Assembly: GCF_009914755.1 (NCBI RefSeq)
Contig: NC_060931.1
Strand: one strand, 5' to 3'
From: the human T2T-CHM13v2.0 reference genome, Homo sapiens
Length of the DNA stretch: 64,000 nucleotides
Position numbers and translations under genes: made by a program. Under the pieces are notes generated by a model that saw nothing but the letters and a program-made list of their open reading frames with translations, searched no databases and was not told where the DNA came from. Below are positions 57,431 to 64,000 of the stretch, piece after piece (the stretch's first letter is position 1; every line of letters starts with the position of its first letter).

Positions 57431-59805
57431 TCTCAATGATCATCTTTTTAGGTCTCTCTTTAAATTTTCAAGGAAAACCACTTGTCAATGGAAATAAGGT
57501 ATAAAACTAAATTACTACAGGAAAAAAAGAGAAAAGTTTCTACCAACCAAAGAAGGCTAGAGAGAGGCAATCACCTACACAGAAGGCAGCTTATGCACAA
57601 AATCTCCAGCTACCTCCTCATGGCCTTCTGCACGCTCTCCATTCTCCCCAGTCATTCTGTAAAGATTTTTATGACTCCTTTTGAATTTTAGTTATTGATG
57701 ATTTTTCCTTTTATTAACCTTAATTAGAAGTCAATTCTTCAATATTGCATTAAAGGTAATGATGATATTCACTTAACTGAAAATTTGCTGGCTCTGCCTA
57801 AAAAGTAAAAGGCACCAGACATAGCCATGAAATTGCTTGCTGTGCTATTGCTGTGGGGTTGCAGGATTTATACTGCCATCATAGTGGACTTCTATATTTC
57901 TCAGTTTTCTGGGAGATGGAAGCAAATTGTCTTGGTGATGAAGAAGTTTTTTGGAATTTGTAAAATTTTTGAAATTAGTTCCCTGTTTGTGGCTGTTTAT
58001 TCTAATAGCTGGTGATTATTCATTGCCTGTTAATGTTTCTTTACACTTTATGGCAGGTCCTGATTAATCAATGGGAGTGAAGTATCTGAGAACTCTAAGG
58101 CTCAGCATTCATTTCCTTAGGGTACCCCTCACCCTGCCAGGGAGGAGGTACCTATAAGAGGCCTTCCCCTCGAGAACAGTTAGGCAATGGTTCCTGTTGA
58201 GGATTCGAGGGTCCGTGCCTCCCGTTATCCTGCCTAGGTCTTAGCTGATGCACCTTATGTGCAGAGAAAAAGCTAGTAGAACAGAGAGAACTTTATCTAA
58301 AGCGACAAGAGTGTCCTGTAAGCCCTAAAAGGCAAGTCCTGCCTATTAAAACTGTTTTGAAGTATGTACTTTTCTGAATAATTATATTTCCATTAAGAAA
58401 AAAACTGGATTGAAGATTGGCACTTGCCTTCAAGGTAGCTGGGATCTGCCTCAAACTCAAGACTTAATCTGATGAATCCATCCTTAGAATTGATGCATCC
58501 TGAGTTGATAAATCTGTCTTTGTTACAAGCAGAGATGCTGGAAGAGAGAAGCGCTACCTTCAGATGGCCTGTGTACCTGGGCAGAAGCAGAGGGAGCAAG
58601 GAGTGAAGGTGGCAGAGGCATAGGCATCTGTCACACCTGCACAGGGGACAAGCACTTGGCCCATTCTTGCTTTTGAGACCCAGTGAAATAGGAGCCTCAG
58701 GTCCTAACCAGTTACACGATTGCATCTTCCTTCCTTGGAGAGGAAACAGAAAAGACTTAAGTAAGCTCTTGCTGGAGGGAGAGGGAAGAATGGGAATCTC
58801 ACCTGAGAGGGGCAAGGAAAAAGCGCTGGAAGGGCAGAGCACTTCTCACTTCACTCACCCCTTCTGCCGCTGTTGTCCTGGCCGCTTTGTCTGCATCCTC
58901 GTAGCTGCTATTGTGCTGGGGCTGGTTTGTCTGCATTCTCATTGTGGGAGTCCGTTGCCTATTCACACCCAGTTGTCCACATCCATCGTCTTTCTACTAT
59001 GCGGAAGTTCCCCAAATATTATTTTTCCTGTTTGCACTCTTTTTGTTTTCTAATGACCTGTAGATTGTTCTTGTCTCTTTTGTTTCTGTGGAAATTTAGG
59101 GAGGAGGAGATATAAACATGCGGACTTTATCCACCTTCTTGAAATAAAAAGGTGACGGGTGAGGAGAGGGATTCCAGGGAGAGGTCAAGGGGAGACAAGA
59201 GACGTGAAGCCAACTGCTGAACAACACCTTGAGAACTGAGAGGCTTGGGACAAGATGAAGTAGAGCCATTCCTACCTTCAAAGATTTTATAATGTTGAGG
59301 TGGAGACAACATCAGCTCTGGAGTAATTGGAGAGACCCAGAGCATGAGTGGTGTGCAGAGGCAAGCCATGCTCTGGCACAAGGTTATGTCTCTGTTCTTC
59401 ATTTCAGCCTCTACACGCCTATGGCTGCCATTCTAGAATTCCTGTATTCTCCTTTTCAGTTTAATTCTTCTCCTCTTTCAAAAGCAGGAACCCATTCATG
59501 TGCTCCGTGGAAACCCCTTCAGACCATTCTCATCAACAATGGAAATCAGTCCAGTCCATGTCTTTTGAATCAACACCTTTTGTGCGCTGAGATGCAGAGG
59601 TGAATGCTCCAGCCTGTCTTCTGAGGAGCATATGCATCTCTCCTTCTTGGGGATGGCTTCAGGGCTTACTGTTTCTACTGCTCTTTCACCCTTACAGCAC
59701 CCTTTAAAGCATGTGTATCTTATGCATTCCTTGATGCTGTCACTAATTCATACTAATTAATTCCTTGGGAAATTGTCATATGCTCTTTGTATCTTAAGGA
59801 GTATT

Positions 59806-60257
59806 TGTGGGAGTCAGTTGCCTATTCACCATCTTTGTGTGCTCTGCTGTGGATAACAGCTACATCTCTTAGCCTCTCCTGCCCTCTGCCAATGGACACT
59901 CTAGTGTAAGACAGGAGGGTGGAATGAGGGAAGTCAGGGCTTTTTCACCTGCTTTCTATCGCAGGCAGCACCTCCTCGGTGCTTTGGCTCTTGTAGGGGC
60001 AGCCCTTTCCCTTCTCTCTGTACTCCTGACTGTGGTCAGGCAGCTCCCCTGTGCTTATCCAGCTCTTAGCCCTGGGAGACCTGCCTCATACCCAGGACTT
60101 GGAATGGCACCTGCTGTTGCTAGAATCTAGCTTGCCTCATTGTCTCTTTAGGCATCCCCATCTTCTGATACCTGCATAAGCTGTTCCCCATATTAAATTC
60201 CCTTTGTGTGAAATCCTAGCCTGGTTTCTGTTTTCTGACCAGACCCTGACTGATACA
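59806..60257 (+). mobile_element. LTR33-like ERVL solo LTR
   Basis: tgtggg…attaaattccct…ttctgttttctgaccagaccctgactgataca; perfect 5-bp TSD gtatt (59801-59805, 60258-60262). Confidence 0.78.
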
Positions 60258-61349
60258 GTATTCCTCTAATCTCTCAATACTTGATTTATTGATTAAAAGA
60301 ATTGTGCTGCTTCTACATGCCAGGCACTGTGCTAGATGCCACGGATTGAAAAATCAAAAGAGAAATCACTGAATAAACATCTGTTGTCTTGAAATTTGAT
60401 GACTGGAAAAAAAAGTGTGTGAGAGGCATCATCCCTGCCTTGAGCCCCTGCCATGCCCTTGGGCACTGAATATTTTGTACATTTGTATGTTTTGACTGAA
60501 GATTGAAAGAGTACTCCCAAGGAAGGATATTTCAGAATATAGACAGCTGTGTTTCCACTAGTAGTTAAATGTCATGTTCCTGATTGGAAGTGAGCTCTGA
60601 CTCTGTAGTGACCAAATATGGTGGTGGCAGCTGAGGAGTTAAACTTGAATTTTAGATGAGGTTGAAATTTCACATCCGACCCATTCACGGTGGCTTGCAA
60701 GGAGTGCACTGCTGCTCGGCGGGTATAGAGAACCAATTTATGCTTCACCTCTGGCACTTTGAAGAGCACAAATGTCCTAAAATTCCTTTATATTCTTGGA
60801 ACAAGCATATTCACTATCATTGCCGAACATTTCTAGCAGCCTTTGCCCAAGTATTCAAAGTGGAGTGAAACTCTTGGGATAGCACTGACCCAATCAGAAT
60901 GCCGAGTACCACTTATAAGCCAGCCACCATATTTTACCCACAGCAGGAGTTCTTGATGGGAACTGATTTCAGAAATTGAATTAGGAGGACCCTCGTCAGA
61001 TAGTGCTTTGTGCTTGAGCTACAATTCTTTAGGTATAGCACAGTGTGGCTTCCCGCTCAAGCTCTGCACTGTCCTCATACAATTTGATGGATCGTTTAGC
61101 ATTTATCAGCCTCTGAAGCTCCATGCCCAGAAGTGACATTTCCCTGGATTCAAAGTCTTTAAAAGCTTAGAGGAGTGCTAGATGAGATGGGTGGGTGATT
61201 TATTAGGCTGCTGGCCTATTTGGAGTTTCTTTGACTGTGGAGCAAATGTTGCTTAGTGCCCTGGATGATGATAAATGATGCTCTCATAGGAGCTTGATCT
61301 CAGAGAAAGTCTCTCTCAGTTTGGTGAGCTGTATAATTTCTTTGGTGTA

Positions 61350-61512
61350 GGGCAAAGTTCTTAATATTTCAGTTTTTGAGGGGGAGTCATGGACCCCTTA
61401 AAAATTTGTTAAAAGCTTTAGACTCTTTCACTAGAAAAATGCATTTGCACATAATTTTGGATATAGTCTCATATAGTCCCTCTTAAATCCTTAAGTCCAG
61501 GGGCTCTAGATT
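61350..61512. mobile_element. hAT-Charlie-type MITE fragment
   Basis: gtcatggacccctt…aaagct…agaaaaatgcat…ctctaga. Confidence 0.45.
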
Positions 61513-61809
61513 AATACTTATGAACATAGAATTTGAACAATAATGCGTGTTAGAGAAACTGGTAGGCACCCTGTGCCTAAGAGGCTTGTCATATGATGCA
61601 GTTCCATGCCCGGCTTCTGGCCTTTTGGAGCATACATTCCACTGATACTGGAGAGGTGGCAAAGGCTGTGTATTCATGGTCACAGCAAGTCAAAGTTTGT
61701 GCTTGGGCAAAAGGCCTGAGAATTTTCTCCTCTGTGGTATAGCTAGGTGATATCTGGTGTTTTTTATTTTGTTGCAAACATTTCCCTGTGGCTTCTATTT
61801 CTGTCACTG

Positions 61810-62780
61810 TATAGAAACCAGTCTTGTCAAATTTATCCACAACCTCAGTCTTTCCAAACCTGACATTTTATTCTTCCTCTCACTTGGCAGCTTAGCAGCG
61901 TCTGACATGGTTCCTTCCTTGAAAATCTTCTCATTCTTAGCTTCAAACAGGGTTTCCTGCTACTTCTCTGGCCTCTTCTCCTCAGTCTCCTCTGTAGGCT
62001 TCTCCCAAACTGCCTGCATCATAAATGCTGGGGTGTCCCAGGGCTTTGATCTGAGATCTTATTTCATCTCTGTCTTCATTTATTCTTTCAATGGTTCTAT
62101 CCAGTTCTATTGCTGTGAAAATCTCCTGGATGCTGGTGCTTCCAGTCCTGACCACTAAGCTGAGTTCTGACTTATGTGTCCAACCACTTACTTGAAACCA
62201 CTACTTGGGTGAATACACATCTCAAAATTCATTTGTCCAAGTAAAGTTCATGGCTGCCATTTTTCTGAAGTGGGGGAGGCTGGAAGAGAACCATTTGGGG
62301 TTCAAGTGGAGAGGTGACAGGTTACTGGCTAAACATTTACAGAACACCCTTCACTTGATATCTTTTACCTTACCTTGACCGTCTGGTTCATCTGCAAACG
62401 CAGTCAGACCTTCATCTCCAACATAGATCACCATTGCATTGGCTTTCTCCATTTTTGTTACTGTAGACCACATTGCCTTTGCTTTTCTTCTGGTGTAAGA
62501 CAAAAGCTTCCTTGAAGGTCTCTCTGCTTCCTCTTTCACCCATTCCAGTCATTCTTCCACTGGCAACTACAGTGACTTTTCAAGCCTTCATTTGCCTCCT
62601 AAGACCTATCAGGGGAGTCTGATTGTCAGAATGAATAGGCTTCTTGTCATCTGTGGCCCGTCATTGACTCCCTGTCTCTTACCCTCACACTCTGCACTAT
62701 GTTGTAGCTAGGCTCAATGATTTTCTTTCTATTTTTTAAACATGTGAGGCTCTTCTCCTTCTTTGGGATTATAGAGAAAA
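61810..62780 (+). mobile_element. L2 fragment
   Basis: cttagcagcgtctgaca…tttcctgctacttctctggc…aaatgctggggtgtcccagggct…tctcaaa. Confidence 0.65.
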
Positions 62781-64000
62781 TATGACACAAATTAATTAAT
62801 TTTCACATTATGATGCCTTATCTGAATCAGATTTCAAGCTCCTTGAGAGCAAAGACCCAATGTAATGCTGTCTCCAACATCCCTACCTTTCCCTCTGGCC
62901 TCTTCCCTTTGTCTGTGTCTAGGACAGTGATTTGTACCATTTCATTTGACAGTTTGTTTTCTGGGCATCTACTATGTGTCAGGTTACAATTACGTGCTCG
63001 GAGCTTAGTAGATGTTAGATGTTGAGGTTGTTTCTCTCTTACTTTAGAACACATGCCATTGCAGGATGAGGATGGGAGTAAGGAGACACCCATGGTGATA
63101 AATAAGGGGAGTGTCAGTGCAGATTTTCAACTTCGGTAGAACTTCATTATTCTAATGAATTTTGAAAACTATCATGAGCTAACTTTATTGCTTTGGATCA
63201 GTAATTGACTAAATAGTGCCTTAGTTGTTTGCGAGAGTAAATATAATTTCCCAAAGTGCTAAATTCACTCCTAGGCTGTAGCTGAGAGACTCACACTTAA
63301 TGGAAAATAATGATATCCCTAACTAGAGTAGACAACAGGCAAGGTAAACCCTTGCTTATCTTCCTTTCCTCTGATAAACATCTTCTACTAAGAATTTTGT
63401 CTGAAACACAGCAGAACAGTAAATCAAAGCACGTTAAAGAGGGAAATATTACTCTTTCAGCAAAAGACTACCTTCAGACGTAAACACAACAACTACAAAA
63501 TGTTAGGTGTAAGGCCATGTCTGTTCAGGTGTTATACTTGGATGTGGAGAATGTACCTTATATCTTTGCTTCAAGGCTTTGTCTTAAAACAAATACATTT
63601 AAAGCAAGTCTTGCTAGGTCATCACCAAAAGCTTCCTTGCTAATGCAAGTGGAATTAGCTACCAGGTATAAACATTGCATAGAAGCTTAGCTCTCGGAGT
63701 TTAGTAAGCAAGCTTAAGCATTTCCCGTAAATTTTAAGCTGTTAGTTATAAAAGAGCAGAGCAGCTTGGCATCTTAGGTGGAATGAGGATATTCCATTCT
63801 GGTTAAAAATCATAAGGGGCTTATGGAAATGAGTGGCGTGGTGTTAGTTATCTTGAAAAATGTAAGTATATATTTTCATTTTCTGCTCAAATAAAATTGG
63901 AATCAGAGAAGAGGAAACTTAGGCAAACCCGAGGGATTTTTTTCTTCTTTTCTGTCAGAAGAGTGAAGTCTGCGGTGTAAGCCTGTATCCAGGACCTTTT

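Noticed and set aside
59924-60130. 68-aa ORF with a hydrophobic, TM-like stretch
   Set aside because: Entirely inside an old LTR; no homology or exon evidence visible

Overview
This is primate, most likely human, genomic DNA with no recognisable protein-coding gene, RNA gene or CRISPR array. The ORFs in the track are short, and many fall in Alu/L1/LTR sequence. The window is a dense mosaic of retroelements: about 14 Alus, a near full-length old L1 (about 18.8-26.7 kb, minus strand), several truncated L1s, more than 25 LTRs (MaLR THE1/MST/MLT1, ERVL MLT2/LTR16/LTR33, ERV1 MER4A/LTR8/LTR17/MER66), one complete MSTB LTR-internal-LTR element, Tigger3, MER5/MER20, L2 and MIR. Many are nested and retain readable target-site duplications (TSDs). 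Family names come from recalled consensus sequences, not a database search. I found no convincing new biological system. The most unusual signal is a set of templated-insertion or template-switch scars. These are a 142-bp 99%-identical inverted copy of flanking DNA inside the MSTB element, a 133-bp inverted copy inside the L1, a multi-template hairpin patch in an Alu, and a 43-bp copy from 3.4 kb away inside an MLT2. Other notable items are a 165-bp local duplication not recognised as a TE, an 82-bp collapsed THE1 LTR, a probable L1 3' transduction, and a CpG-enriched patch with a divergent pair of CTCF-like motifs.
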